In this document: positions 42,618 through 56,620 of the stretch, one piece after another
How the letters are laid out: each line of letters begins with the position of its first letter
How positions within the stretch are numbered: the stretch's first letter is position 1
NCBI GenBank assembly: GCA_045837725.1
Contig: JBEWZL010000077.1
Location: 186,001-250,000 of the forward strand
Length of the DNA: 64,000 bases
Direction of reading: 5' to 3'
DNA from: Vermamoeba vermiformis
Taxonomy: Eukaryota
Made by a program: the position numbers and the translations under genes
The notes under the pieces: generated by a model
The model's database searches: none
What the model was told of the DNA's origin: nothing
The model's input: the letters and a program-made list of their open reading frames with translations, nothing else

Positions 42618-45577
42618 TTATTTCTGCGTCGTGTTCGCTGAGGCCTCTGCGTCTTTCAAGTGCCAGAACGATAGTATGTTTCGATATTTCTCGTTGCGGG
42701 CCAAGGACGACGTCGAGGCACGTTCACTCACATTGGCAGGGTCAGTGGGTGCGGAGTGCGTGGAGCCGGTGCTGGTCTCTGGCACGAACTTTTCAATGCG
42801 ACCAACCAACTGCTTGACTTTAACTTCAGAGGCAGTTGCAGCCTTCGAAGCACTGGCCTGTGTGCTGATATTAGGTGCTGAGCCTGAGCCCTTGAGACCA
42901 GGCACTTGCTGTTTGTTTCCACCCGTGATCTCTTTCCACGCCGACAAGAGGGCCTTGCGCTCTGTTTCCTGTGTCTCTTTGGCACGAGGAACAGCTGGTG
43001 ATTTAGTTGCAGGTGCTGCTTGTGTGGTTTGTTTTTGCTTCTCTTCAGCCTCGCGCTTACGCTTGGCTTCTTCCTCTTGTTTTTTCCTCTCTTCTTCCTG
43101 CTTTTTCTTCTCCTCTTCAACACGCTTAGCTTCGGCTTCAGCTTTTTTCCTCTCTTCCTCTTGTTTCTTCTTCTCCTCCTCTTGCTTTTTCTTCTCTTCT
43201 TCAGCACGCTTGGCCTCTAGTTCTTTCTTTAGTCGCTCTTCTTCTTCTTTGCGTGCCTGTTCTTGTTTTCGCTTCTCTTCTTCGAGGCGTTGTTTCTCCT
43301 CGAGCTCTTTTTTAGCTTGTTCTTCTGCAGCTTTTTTCTTTTCCTCTTCTTGCTTTTTCTTCTCTTCCTCTTGTTTTCTCTTTTCTTCTTCGAGTCTCTT
43401 TGCCTCTTGTTCTTGTTTAACTCGCTCTTCTTCAGCACGCTGTTTTTCTGCTTCAGCTTTTTTAGCCTCCTCTTCCTTGCGCTGCCTTTCTTCCTCTAAA
43501 TGACTCGCGTCATTTTCTTGCCTCCCCTCGCCAGGTGGGCTGACAGGTGGTAGCTTCTCTAGATCGCGCTTTTTAGCTTCGTATTGTTCTGGTTGCTTTT
43601 CGACTTGATCGGACAACTCTTGCAATCGTCGGTCCAGTTCGTCGAACTCAAAATCTTCGTCATCGCCTTTAGATTTGTTTCCGGCACTAAGTCTCTTCAA
43701 TGAAACATTAATTAACTTTCTCAATTGTTTGCCCGCTTCGTTTAATATGGAGTTGAACAGTTCTTCAGCGCCATACTCGTGGAGAATTTCTCGGACATTT
43801 TCTATTGCAACAACGTCAGCCCTATTGTAATAGCCCCGAAATACCGTTGAATACTAACCTAATGCAGTTAACTTCTTAAGCACGCTCATGACGCAAATAG
43901 TGATTTCTTTGTTCTTTTGGAAAGATCTCAAAATATCTAGCAATGTCTTCACATTCTCTTCATTTGCAATAGTTGATCGTGCCTCCTCTGTAATAAGCAT
44001 TAATATTAAGCGTGTGTTATTGATTCGCATTGTACGTACCACTTAAGCTGATACGATCAACCGCGCGAACAATGTGTAAAATAAGATCTTCGTCTTTAAT
44101 GTGTGTTCGCATTGTTTGAATCAGTGCCGACAAGCCACTCTGTTGAGCAACGCGGACTCTGTTTGAAGCTGTCACAAATCAACGTTAGATTTGACATGCG
44201 CGTGACAAAATCTTTGCGTACCTAATCTTGCCAACTGCAGTAGAGCAATGCTAGCAGTCTTTTCAATATTGCGGTCCTTGATATTGTCTTTAAACACCTG
44301 CACGATCACTTCAACACCGCCACTATCACCGAAAGTTCGCTTGTTGTCCTCTGCGCGAAAACGTTAAGACTAATATTTTAAAATATTGAATCTTACCGCT
44401 AGTGAAGAACATATTGATAATGCACCACAAGGCCATCAATACCACGGTAGATTTGTCCTTATTCTTTTTCAACGTGTCAATGAGCGATGTAAAAATCGCG
44501 TGTTTTGCCATTTTTTCTCTGATTTCCTCTGATAAACACAATGCAGTTTAATAAATGCCATAAATATGCATATAATCGATAAATAACGCACCAACTGTCG
44601 AGATGTTACGCAGGACGGTTAAAACAAACACTTGGACCTTTTCGTTGGCAATATTCTTGTTTAAAATGCTCACAAGAATTGGAATGCCGTCCTCTCCAAT
44701 GCGATTCTTATTGTCCTCTATTTATAGGCATAATTAGCGTATTATATAATTTTTAGGATATTAATTTAAGAAATTGAATTTTTCATTGTGCACGCACCAG
44801 AATCGAAAGCAAGGTTAGTCAGCGCAGAGCAGCCATTGATTTGAATGTTCGCATCAGATTCGTGCGTTTTCATCACATTGAGAATGTGTTCTATTGTGCC
44901 TTCTTCGCCCATAGCCTCACGTACGACCTCTGATCAGAGAAAATATCGCACGGTTAATTTGATTTTGATACGAAAACAATATAATTCAAATTATGCACTA
45001 CTGGAATAAATCGGTTGATATGAGATCTGAAATTTTCCGGTCACTGCAATTGTAATTGAATTACACAAAAATAGGATATTTACCGTCTTGAGCTAAATGA
45101 GCGAGGGTTTTGAAACCAATAATTTGCAAATCCACAGAATTAATGTCTGTTTTCAATGCATTCAACGTCTTCGTTATTCCATCCGCTGCGTAAATCTCCT
45201 GTTCATAATTTTCTATTGATAAAATAATTAATTGATTAGAATCGGCATTGAGCTATTTAAAGAATATATATACAATAAAGCAAATTTAATACCGCAGGCA
45301 AATGAGACTTACCTAACAACGACAAAATCCGCATAAAATTTAAGAAATTTTTTGTATGATTAGACACTGCAAGTTTCTCTAATACTACATCTAATACGCC
45401 CGACTCTTTAATTGCGCGTTGATTGGCTTTAATTTTGTCATAATGCTCGTCAGGTGAATAGAGTTCAAGAAATGCTGAAACTACTTGATCAGCATCCGGT
45501 TCATCATCTTCCAATGCTGATAATACTCTCTCCAACTGGTCGGCTGTAGAGAGCCCCACGAACTCTTCTTTATCCAT
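42618..45577 (-). CDS. Armadillo-repeat protein with E/K-rich helical region and disordered C-terminus
   Basis: Multi-exon ARM-like repeats (IQINGCSALTNLA, GIPILVSIL, GGVEVIVQV); EEEKKKQ repeats at ~43030-43500. Confidence 0.8.
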
Positions 45578-45887
45578 TGTTCAATCTCGCTGTATTAGGT
45601 CGCTAATCCTCAACCGTTTTTGTCCACTTTGTTTCCATTCAATTTTTGCTTTGAAAAAGTTTGACCAATCTGGACGAGATTGACACCAGATTTGTACTCG
45701 CTCATACCTTCGAACAAGTGCAATTATTGAGTGGCAGGCATACTCGGTTGTCTGAGGGCGCAATTTCAATGTGCACACTGCGGCAATCCACGAGCGAATC
45801 CACTTCTTTTTTTAAGGTACAAAATACAACAAATGTCTATTCAGTGGCATTTACAAAGCATTTAATTCATCTACAAGCGCTGTACTA

Positions 45888-46884
45888 TTAAATATCATCG
45901 TCTTGTTCGGGCAGCGGACATTTTGAAGCCTCTTCTTGATCCTTTTCAAAATTACGTCGTGCTTCTTCGGGATTGAGCTCTAATAATGTCATTAGCCTCA
46001 TATCACACTATATACTTTTTAACAAATATACCTGGCGGATACAGAGCTGGTGCTTCTTGAAACTCGAGGCGCATGTCCCTGTCAGAAATGTTGAGTACAG
46101 ACCTACTATGCCGCGGCACACTCTGATTCATACCCTAGCAGCACACGAGCCAAGTGTAGAAATGGTTTTTCAATGTTAAAATTGCTCTTGGCAGATATCG
46201 CGTAGTATTCAATCTTCTTTTTTCGATGGAAGGTGATCTGCTTCGCTTTGACCTCCATATTGCTGCTATCATCGATCTTGTTGCCGCACAGTACTACTGG
46301 TATGCCAGGGCAGGTGTGTATGAGATCGCGGTACCATGTAGGCACGCTCTTATATGTCATGCGCGAGGTCAGATCGAACATAATGATAGCGGCGTGTGTG
46401 TCGAAATAATAGCCGTCACGCATGCCTGAAAACTTTTCTTGGCCTATTGAACGTGTAAATATTATTGTTGTTAGCTAACATTCAATCGTACCAGCTGTGT
46501 CCCATACATTGAATTTGATCTGTCCTTTTGTTGTAGTAAATACAAGCGGATGCACTTCTACACCGAGTGTAGCTGGCGAATATTTAGTATATTATTAATT
46601 TATTTATTTATAGCACTTACGAACATACTGTCGCTCGAACTCGCCTGTTCTGTGTCTTTTAACCTGTAATTTTTAAATTAAAAATTTATTATTGGCGCTC
46701 AAAATAAGATTCTGTCACTGTCAAATCTACTATCATAGTATTGTTATAGTAATGCTTACAAAAGTGGATTTTCCTACACCACCGTCACCGGCGAGTATTA
46801 ACTTAAATGTTCTTATTTTCTGTTGATCCTTCGGCACCGTCAGTAATGAAACATTCAATATTCTTCTAATTGTTAACCTACCAT
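45888..46884 (-). CDS. RAN: Ran-family GTPase (divergent)
   Basis: [66 protein letters not shown], acidic tail LPEQDDDI. Confidence 0.9.
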
Positions 46885-46992
46885 TTATATATAAATACAC
46901 TTATGCTCTCACTTCATTGCTTCAAACAAAATGAAACTGGCTTGAAAATTTGGCGGCAACCTACAAAACTATTCACAACTTTATTATGCACA

Positions 46993-48236
46993 TCATTTCT
47001 TAGCGGGCGGTCTATTAAACATTAAGGGCTTGAACCTATCTACAAATCCTTTGATCGTCGCCATTGTCCTCACAGGATCCTAAAACGCGATCAGATCAGG
47101 TTTTAAGTGCGGGCACTACTTACGTCCTCTTGAATGGTGTGCCCTACCGCAGGCAACACTACGAGCTGAAATTTGCCTTGCATTTGTCCAACTGTTAGTG
47201 CAGTGTCGAGTCTGTCAGTGCCAGCGAGCAGCAACATTTTGGGAATTTTTGTCGCTAAAAATAGATCTGAGATGCCAGTGAACCAGCCCGTCCAATAGGG
47301 CTCTGTTTTGTCTAAATTAACGCGCCATCGGTACTCGCCATCGTATTTGACGAGCTGTGAGGGCACTGAGACACGCGCCGAGGCACTGTTGTTCACCATG
47401 CCCGAGTTCACTCTAGTCACGTGTCATAGTGTCAGTGAATATAGCTCTAATGTGTGGATATTATGGTCTGTCTGTTACATACGCCCAGTGAATGGCCTCG
47501 TCGGGTGAAGTGAAGCTCGCTGGTCGCTTCTGTATGACAGCTTTCATGAATGGCAGTGCTTGGAGTGCAGTGCCCTCGACCACGTCCATGACGATCAGAC
47601 CAGCAATCGAGCACGTGATTGTGCACGTGACTGCGGGACTAGTGGCAGTGCGAAGACCACTCAGACTCGGCACTCGACTGCAAAAGTGGATGGCAACAGC
47701 CCCGCCCATACTGTGTCCGATGAGTATGACCTGCGTGCCTGGCTCAGGGAACAATGTGTTGAGGACATGTTGCAGGTCTGAACAGAGTGCGTCAATCGAG
47801 TAGTCACTCACTTCGTCGTCCTGAGTGCGCGTGTCACCGTGACCTCTGGAATCATACGCATACACTTGACAATGCTCTTTTAAACTTTTCTATAATTACT
47901 AGTCGTTAGCAAATTGAATAATATTAGATTCACGCTGCAGGAACTAATTGCACACAGCGAAATTTAAATGTAAAAATTAAAATTAATTATTACCGCGACA
48001 AGTGCCCATGAGAGGGACGTGTGGCCAGCGCCGTGGATGAATAGACATATTGGACCTGTTTTACCGGCCTTATAGACCTGAAAGCCACCGTCAATGACCA
48101 TCCGCTCGTCAAAGTACTCATCCCAAGGCTCAGCTTGAAAATTTTCCTCTCCCTCATTCTTGTTCTTTTCTAAGCCTACATGGCGCAGTAAACTAGCACC
48201 TTTTTCTCTCAGTAGTTGTTTGCGTAAGTCAGCCAT
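46993..48236 (-). CDS. PPME1: Protein phosphatase methylesterase 1
   Basis: FIHGAGHTSLSWA, GHSMGG, DVVEGTA, SARVSVPSQL, YWTGWF.G.SD.FL, LLLAGTDRLD..LTVGQMQGKFQ, GHTIQED. Confidence 0.95.
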
Positions 48237-48406
48237 TGAAATATTGAGCGAGGAGCATTTTTTTGTATTAAAACCTTTCAACAGGAAGCAACAGCAACAA
48301 CGAAAAGTGCCTTATACTAGTATTAGTGACCTTTTGTAGCACTCTTTACTCGTTGTTTTTAGTTTTTGAATTGAGACCTGACTTTTTCATAAACTAATCC
48401 TCAACT

Positions 48407-51400
48407 ATGAATTGGAATCAGCGACAAGACTCGCGGCAACAAAATTGGTCTAACCAACAACAGCAGGTAATTAATACTCTCAATTTTAGGTGAACGATGG
48501 AGTCCAATCCCTGTTCGCGAGAAAATCGATAAAATTTTCTGGAGCATTGGACAGCCCATTTTATCATCTTATAAGCATATATGTATTTAAAGGATAATTT
48601 TAAAATTATTTTTATTATTACCCGTAGTCCAGCAACTACGGACGTCAAGGATCGCAGTCGTCGAACTACCAGCAGAACTCGTACGGACAAGGACAAAGCA
48701 ATCAAAGCTATAACCAGCCTTATGTGCCTACAGTACAAACTCAAACGAGCTCTTATGGCTACAACGATAATCAGAGTAAGAAGCGCGATCACCGATGAGC
48801 ATTTTCATGTTTTTAATATGTGTATTATTATCCTCCTATAGATCAAGGTCAGTATTATCCTAGCGCTCAAAAGTCAAATCAGGCGCAACCACAGTCCTCC
48901 TATTATTCGCAGCAGTCTTCGCGAGGTCCTAGCCAATCCGCGCAGCCACAACAGCGTTACAACCCGACCTCATCGAGCCAGTACGCGCCTTCTGGCTCTT
49001 CTCAGCAGTACAACCCTAGCGCTGGCCCTAGTCAACAATACAACCCTCGCACGAGTCAGCCAAGTGCGACGCAAGGTCTCGGGCAGTACGGTGGTGTCAC
49101 GAGCTCATCAATGAGCAGTGGTAGTGGTGTGCAGTCAGGGCAACAAAGTGCACCTAATTTGAACAACTTGAGTCAAATATTGAGTAGTCTCACTAATCTC
49201 AGTGGATTGGTCAATATGCCGACTGGTTCTACGCAGCAGTCAATGCCTCAAACTCAAGCCCCTAATATGTCTAGTGGGCTAAATATGGGCACTAACAGCA
49301 CTGCTGGCCTCAACTCGCTGCTACGCGGTGTGCAACAACAACAACAGCCGCAGCAACAGGTTCAATTGCCAGGCAATCTGTCGCAACTCTTGCAGCAGAG
49401 CACTGGTCCACAAGCCAATGTCACACCGCAACAGAACCAAGCTCTGCAACTGTTGACTGCGCAGCTCTTACAACAACAACAACAGCAACAGCAACAGAAT
49501 GCTGGAGGTTACAAGCCTATCACGCAATCGCACATGTCGATGCCTTCACGACCCATGGGTATGGGTGCCCCTGTCTCCAGTCAGTCTCGATTCTCTTCAG
49601 GTCCGCCACAACGCAATCCTGCTCCTTCTCTTCGTGGTCGGTCAAATGCCCCCGCTCCTCGTTCTGATTTTGGTGGCCGTGGTGGACATCGCGGTGGTGG
49701 TCGTGACTTTGATCGTGATCGATCTGACCGCGATAGAAATGATCGGGACCGAGGCCGTGATGACCGCAAACGATTTGAACGTGACACACGATCGGATCGT
49801 GACAGAAATGACCGCGACAGACCCGCGCGCACAGATCGAGATCGCAATGACCGCGACAAACCTTACCGCAGATCAAAGTCGCCTGAACACAAGCGCGACA
49901 AGTCTCCGCCACCGAAGCCACGTGAAAAAACCCCGCCCAAAACCGTTGAGCCCACAAAAGACAAGGAATCGAGTCACACTGAGGCCCCTAAGAAAGAACT
50001 CACTGAAAAGGACAAAGAAAGAGAACGTGAAAAGCGCAAATATGAATGGTACGTCTTCGTCGTTAGTCATTCAATACTGACTTTATTACAGCAAAATATC
50101 GGCGCACGAAATCACCTCATTCGAGAGAGATTATGCCAGCACACGACGTCGCTATGAAAACTTGTATATCACTCCTGACTTCGCAAAGTCAATCTCTTCA
50201 TGGCTACACAGTGTGCCGCTAGAAGAGCCCCTGCCCCTCGATCATCATGTACCCTTCACGTGTGACAATGAATTTAGAGAGGTCGTTGACCCCGTCAATA
50301 ATGAGGCCCCAGCATTGCAAGCCGATCACACTCGATGGTTCGCTAAAGTGGTGTTATTGACTGGCTATTCGGCTGATGATTACGATGAAATTATGGACTC
50401 TGACAAGCAAAAGGATTTGACCCAAAAATTGAAGTTTATTGTGCAACGTCAAGACCGCTCGCAATTAATGCTGCTTGGTGGAGAATGGGAGCCGACAATT
50501 GATGGCGATGGCGATCCAGCTCAAGATACTACACTAATTCCCTCGGCTATTAGACACGTTCGTGAACAAATACAATTAGACCTGTCACCTTGCACGCGAT
50601 GGTACAGATTTTTAGAAATTCACTATCACCGCGTAGTGCCCAACACTGTGCCAGCAATGGTAGCTCGTGATATTACAGTGATCTATGTGCCCTCTGTGTG
50701 GGACTTGATCCCGTCAATGGATGATGTAAGTGTCAGTTGATTCTAGTTGCAATAACTAATCGATCACCTAGTTTATGGCGACTTGGGAACAACGTGAGTA
50801 TACTAAACTGAAGCGCCAAAAGGACAAAGAAGAGCGCGCTAGATTGGAACGTGAAAAGATTGAGAAAGAACGTCTCGAAAAACAAGAGAAAGAGCGTGCT
50901 GAAAAAGAAAAGCAAGAAAAAGAACGCCTTGAAAAGGAAAAACAGGAAACTGTCGCCGCTAGTGAGGACACTGACCAGTCAATTAATCTCAATCAGTCGG
51001 TGAGTGATCAACCCACTGATCAACCTGAAGCTGCACCTGCCGAGACAACTGAAGCCGCACCCGAACAACCGGCCCAACCTGCTGAAACTAAGCCCGAATC
51101 AGAACCGACTTCGAAGAGTGAAAGTGAGATTGTCGTGGACAAGAGCAAGGCACCCAAAGATGTCACAATCTATTTGAACACAAAACGCGAGAAATTTTTG
51201 AACAGAAAGACAGCCCAACTTTCACTAGACGGTCTTCTCGACTACGACTATGAAGGTGATCGATGGGAGCCAACATTCGAGGTATGTCACGCAAACTAAT
51301 CAGCGTACGTTCTAACCTCTTTTAGGTTTCTTTATTTGCTGAGAACTTCCATGAAATGCTCCAGCGTGACTTTGGCCACATTGTTTTACAAGCTATTATG

Positions 51401-51943
51401 AATGCTCGTCCTGAAAAACCGTCCCAAGATAAGAAACGAAGGCGCGAAGACACGAGCGAGGAAGAACGTGCTGCCAAGAAACCAAAGACCGATGAAACCA
51501 AGCCGGCAGAGACAACACAAGAGTCTGCCCAGGCTGCTGACCAAGCTGCCAAGCCTGAAACAGCAGCACCCGAACAACCGGGCGAGCCTGCGCCAGAAAC
51601 AAGTGCTGCCCCTGAAACAAAAAGCGAAGATGTCAAAACAGAGGAGCACCACGAACCCGAGAGAAAGATTAACTACAGCTTGAAGTTCGCGTTTGAATTC
51701 TTTGATCGCAATCGCACGGGTTACTTGAAGAGCGAGGACGTGGAGACAATGTTCCACGCGCTGGGCTTCCATGTCAGCAAAAATCAAATGCACGCCATTC
51801 TGGCCCACCAACTCGACTCCAAGCATCGTATATTCTACAAGAACTTGTTATACACAGAAGAGCAGCACGACCTCGAGCCCAATGACGGACAGCACGACGC
51901 AATTCCCGTGCCAGAACAAGAGCAGATGGATTTGAATGCTTAA
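48407..51943 (+). CDS. CCAR1: CCAR1/DBC1-family protein (Q-rich N-terminus, RD-rich region, DBC1 domain, coiled coil, EF-hand-like)
   Basis: LYITPDF; LGGEWEPTIDGDGDP..LIPSAIR..LDLSPCTRWYRFLEIHYHR; LSLDGLLDY..FEVSLFAENFHEMLQRDFG; FFDRNRTGYL. Confidence 0.88.
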
Positions 51944-52060
51944 TAAATTCACTTCTATTACTTAATAACAAGCACTTAGTTTTTAATTTTTTTGTTATTT
52001 ATTCGATGTGGAGAATTATTACAGGTCCACTAAACATCAATAAGAGATATTATCCTTTAT

Positions 52061-52814
52061 TTATTTAGCAACAACGGGAGCAGTCGTAGCGACAGTCTTG
52101 CCACCTTCAACAACGGCAACTTCAGCTTGGGGTTGTTGTTGTTGCTTCTTGTCACCAGTGCGTTCCTTCTTGTCCTTCTTGTTCTTGGGGAAGTCGCGCT
52201 TGGGGGGAGCACGGCTGCGTCTGTCTTCGTGCGAGCGGACACGAACGATGTGAGAGTGAATAGCGCAGGAAATGCAGTATTCCATCTTAACATACATCTT
52301 GGGGATGATGAAGTCTATGATAGACTCAAGTTAATACCAATAATAAGTGTTGAAATAATTAATAACGATCCAAATTATTATTTCTCGTCCTGTTTAGTCA
52401 TTATATTAATAATAAATACATACCCTCCATAGAGTTAGCAATAGTGCTAGCGTTAGCAAGATCTTGCTTGGCAGCGGATTCGATCATGTTTCTGACAATA
52501 AATCTCTTGATGGCCTTGTCCTATAGATTTATATTTTTTTAATATTGATTATAATAATATGTAACCGTAAACAAAGCAATATTGCAGATAAACAAATACA
52601 AAAATAATAATTATAATTGTAAATTCCTTCCACCGACAAAATATTAACGTTTTCAAACGCCTTCATCTTTCCAATGTAATATTGTATTTAATGGATATAA
52701 TTAAAATCAAATTATTACCTTAGGAACGCATCTGCCGCAGTTAGAGCAGCGAACGGGTCTGGTGTGACCGCGACCCTTTTGGCTACGACCGTTATTTCTT
52801 CTCTTGGAGGTCAT
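52061..52814 (-). CDS. RPS26: 40S ribosomal protein eS26
   Basis: [51 protein letters not shown]. Confidence 0.97.
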
Positions 52815-52903
52815 TATGAATAATTCTCCCTTGTGCTATCGAATCCGAACAAAATGGGGAAAGAAAACGAGCGCGGCAGAAGGAAAAGAAGGAAAGAAGG
52901 AGG

Positions 52904-52946
52904 ACGAAAAAAAAATGAATAAAATTGATAAAAAGATTGACCAATG
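52904..52946 (-). promoter_or_regulatory. Ribosomal-protein promoter module (copy 1), includes a CCAAT box
   Basis: ACGAAAAAAA..TAAAATTGATAA..TTGACCAAT on the + strand, shared with the eL38 upstream region. Confidence 0.6.
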
Positions 52947-53237
52947 AGATAACGACTTTTTCGTCTCGACCAAAGCATCGCTTTTAAAGGGAAAGCCGCT
53001 AGAACTTTCAACCCATTATAACACAAGATAATTTTTAACAGAATACCAGTCCGAATCTTTAATTGACCTCAGATGCTGATCTCAATCCGCGAAAGACCAG
53101 CCGGTGGATCACAACTTTGTTATTATTATCGCAGGCTCCGCACAGTATATGAATGACTTGCGGTATCGTAGCACCCACAGTTTAATTTTCGGTTTAAACT
53201 TTCAAATTTCTTACTGTGCACAATCACAACCGCATAA

Positions 53238-54286
53238 ATGCTTGCAGAATTGTGGAACAGAGGAGAGGTTCAGTGCGCAGTAGTCACATTTATTTTTGTG
53301 GCTTCGTTGTACATCTGGCAGTCAAGCAGAAAAGTGGGGTAATTGAATTGAACCTCCAGCAATTTTAAATAATTTTCTATTAATTCTTTGCGATTATATA
53401 TGTGTTATTTGGCATTAATACGGTCGATTAAAATTTTAGGGCGAGAAATGCCCCTCAAGTTGTCAAACAACGGATTGCTTCAGTGGTACTGGCCTGTGCG
53501 GTCACTCATTTGTTACATTATCACCTCAATTCGTGCCACTTGGGCCTGTCGCTCTGGCCGTTAAACCAATGTGCGGAGAGTGCTGCAGTACAAGTGTGGA
53601 GGATCTCTTTCTCAGCAGCAATTTGCCTCCTGTTGACTGGACTGCTCTTTTTAGGCCCACTTGTGCAACTAGTCAATGATTTTGATCGCGACGAGGACAT
53701 ACCTGACTTCAAGTCTCCCATCACCTGGAGAAATTTCATAGTTGTAAGCCAAACATTGCACTAACTTCACGTACTGATGCACTACCTTAACGTACAAGGG
53801 TCCCATTGCCGAAGAATTCGTGTTTCGCGCACACATGGTGCCACTGTTGCTACACGAAGGCTATACCCCGACACAGCTGTTGTTCATTACTCCGATCTAC
53901 TTCGCCCTCGCTCACGTGCATCACTTCAGAAATCACGGCAATCTCGCCGAAGTGTGTATGTATTTCGCCCACACTAGCGACAAGTCTATACTAACTGTAT
54001 TGCAGTTGTCCAATTAGGCTACACGAGTGTATTCGGCATACTCTCCACCTACATGTTCACACGCACGGGCAATATCATCGGTCCTATTCTCTCGCACTGC
54101 TTTTGTAACTACATTGGATTCCCGCGCTTCGATGCAGCAGTCGGCAACTACAAGCTGATCACACTCTACGTGCTCGGTGTCGTGCTCTTCTTTGCACTGC
54201 TTGGACCTCTCACCAATCCCACGCTGCACGAGTCTGTCTTCTACAGCACAGAGTTCTTGAGCACCATTCACACCTCTACTTCGTAA
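53238..54286 (+). CDS. RCE1: CaaX prenyl protease 2
   Basis: GPIAEEFVFR (EExxxR), FALAHVHH, HCFCNYIGFP; multi-pass membrane protein. Confidence 0.93.
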
Positions 54287-54471
54287 TTGTACATAATAAT
54301 AATAGCGCATTGTTAAGAGTACAAGTGATTCGATTGTTTTATAGAGAAAAAGGGGTTATATCTACATGTATGCCCGTGAGTGAAAGCTGAGGCACGATAA
54401 AAAGTTTCAAAAACAAAAAGACAGTGGTGGCACGTCACTATTGGCAAGCGTAAATGACATCGAGTGACAAT

Positions 54472-55681
54472 TTACAAGAAGTAGTCGGGGGCAGGACGCT
54501 TAGTGGCAGGCACACCTCGTGATTCCTAGTGCGTGTTAGTTACGGACACGAATACAGAACATTAGCACACATACCGCAGGGGCAGCTTCGAAGATCTTGA
54601 AGCCGCGGTTCAACTTCTCATCGAGCTCGAGAATAGCAGCGACATTGCCGCAGCGGTAGCAGTAGTTGGGTGCAGACCACACCGTGACGAGTGTCTCGTT
54701 GAACATGTACTTGTAGCCCTCCATCACCAGCTGATGAGCGCGGCAAATGAGGGTGGTGCCGTTGGTCTCGTTCCACTTCTGCACGACATCAGCGCCGAAC
54801 AAGTAGCCAGCACCGCGCGGACTGAGACCCCAGCCCTCAATGTCCTCGGGATCTGACCACAACAAGTCGCACATGGGGCCGTCGTGGGGCACTTCTTGCT
54901 TTCGGTCAATAGCACGGATCTGGTCCAATGTGGTGATGCTAGGACTGAGACCACCGTGCACGCAGAACACTTTGTCGTCGATGATGGCGCTCAAGCTCAA
55001 ATAATCAAATATCTCCGTGCAGTAACGCCACACATTGACACTGCCGTACTTTCGCAAACATTCGTCATAAAAGCCATATACTTGAGTAATCTGACGAGAC
55101 TCGTGATTGCCTCTGATTAAGGTGATACGATCGGGATAACGGACCTACAATGATAATTGAAAGGGTGTTAGGACGAGTAAGCATTGCATCTGTTTGCTTT
55201 CAATCGAAGTTCATTTGCAATCAACCTAATTATGCATAATACTAATTATAATGACGCATACCTTCAAAGCCAATAACAGCAAGAAAGTTTCAACGCTATA
55301 AAAGCCACGATCAACAAAATCTCCCAAAAACAAGTAGTTGGTTTCAGGGCATTCTCCACCAATTTTAAATAATTCCTTGAGATCATAAAACTGTCCGTGA
55401 ATATCACCGCATACCTGTGATAATATTGGAGGTTATTAAATGCTAATTCAATAATTTCAAATAAATAAATTCTAGAAACTCTATTATATTAATTTGATTA
55501 TAAAGCTGCTAGCAGGACATACAGTGACTGGAGAATCAACGCGCTGCACATTGCCTTCTTCAACTAAAATTTCGCGGGCCTTGGCACAAAGAGCTTTCAC
55601 TTCAGGCTCCTTGATCAGCTCGCAGCGCTTGAGCTGTTCAATTTGTCTATCCAAATCGCTCATGGACAATGTTTCAGTCAT
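54472..55681 (-). CDS. PPP4C: Serine/threonine protein phosphatase 4 catalytic subunit
   Basis: [58 protein letters not shown]-terminal DYFL. Confidence 0.95.
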
Positions 55682-55960
55682 TATAGCGGCTGTTTACAAA
55701 TATAATACTATAGTACAAATGTTACGCTTGCGTGGTCGTCCACACGTTCAAAATTGTTAAAATTAGGCGCAGAAGAAATGAATAAGTTTTGAGTCACCGA
55801 TGATACACCTCTTTTCTACTCATCAATTAGCTTTATGTCTTTATAAGTCATTAATTAATAATTATATTAAACAAAAGGAACAGCCGATCAAAGATCTGGA
55901 TCGTATGAATCCGCTCTAGTTTTAATTATATATTTTTATTGCTCGTTCAATTTAAACATT

Positions 55961-56503
55961 TTAGTGCTTAACATCAACCTTGGCGAGACCTATTGAAAAT
56001 TAAAGTTAAACAAACGATCGGATTGGAAAATTAATTTAATCACAACATACCAGGGGGCAAAGATTGCTTTAATTTCTCAACCTTCTCGGGGTCGTTGATA
56101 GTCAAAGTGTACAAATACTTGGAGCAACGGACCTTGAACTTGGTAGAGCCAGACTTGGTCTTCTTGATTCTGACTTCTGTTAACGCAAAATGGTTATTAT
56201 TGCTACTTGTAGTCTACAATTATTCTAATAATCATTATTTGCTGGCACCTATCGAGTAAAATAGCAACGCACCCCCAGTGTTAGAAAAAAATAATATTAT
56301 TATTGTAAATCGTCAAAAATTATATGTAAATTAATATCGACGATAGCTTACCCTTGGCACCCTTGCGACGAGCAGTCAACAAAAAGTCCTTGATTTCTTT
56401 GATTTGTTTAGGCTGTAAATAAAAAAATCGATCAGAATCTGCATCTAAGCAATACTCCAAATATTTTATGGTGAATCTATCTAGATCTGCTGATATATAC
56501 CAT
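55961..56503 (-). CDS. RPL38: 60S ribosomal protein eL38
   Basis: Spliced [21 protein letters not shown]/..[24 protein letters not shown]. Confidence 0.96.
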
Positions 56504-56575
56504 TATGCTATTATAGAGCAAGGGTTGATACGTTCCGGTGAGCGAGACAAAGGAAATCTTGATGGCTGGATAAAA

Positions 56576-56620
56576 ACGAAAAAAAGCGCCGCGTAAAGTT
56601 GATAATTTTTTTGGCCAATC
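56576..56620 (-). promoter_or_regulatory. Ribosomal-protein promoter module (copy 2), includes a CCAAT box
   Basis: ACGAAAAAAA..TAAAGTTGATAA..TTGGCCAAT on the + strand, matching the RPS26 upstream region. Confidence 0.6.

Noticed and set aside
42631-43503. 290-aa Ser/Phe-rich plus-strand ORF
   Set aside because: Antisense shadow of the E/K-rich repeat region of the ARM protein
46993-55681. PME-1 near its potential substrate PP4c as a functional cluster
   Set aside because: Separated by three unrelated genes in a gene-dense genome; chance is a sufficient explanation
56180-56500. Intronic snoRNAs in RPL38
   Set aside because: Partial stems and a CTGA are present, but no convincing complete C/D or H/ACA box set; needs an Infernal/snoReport search
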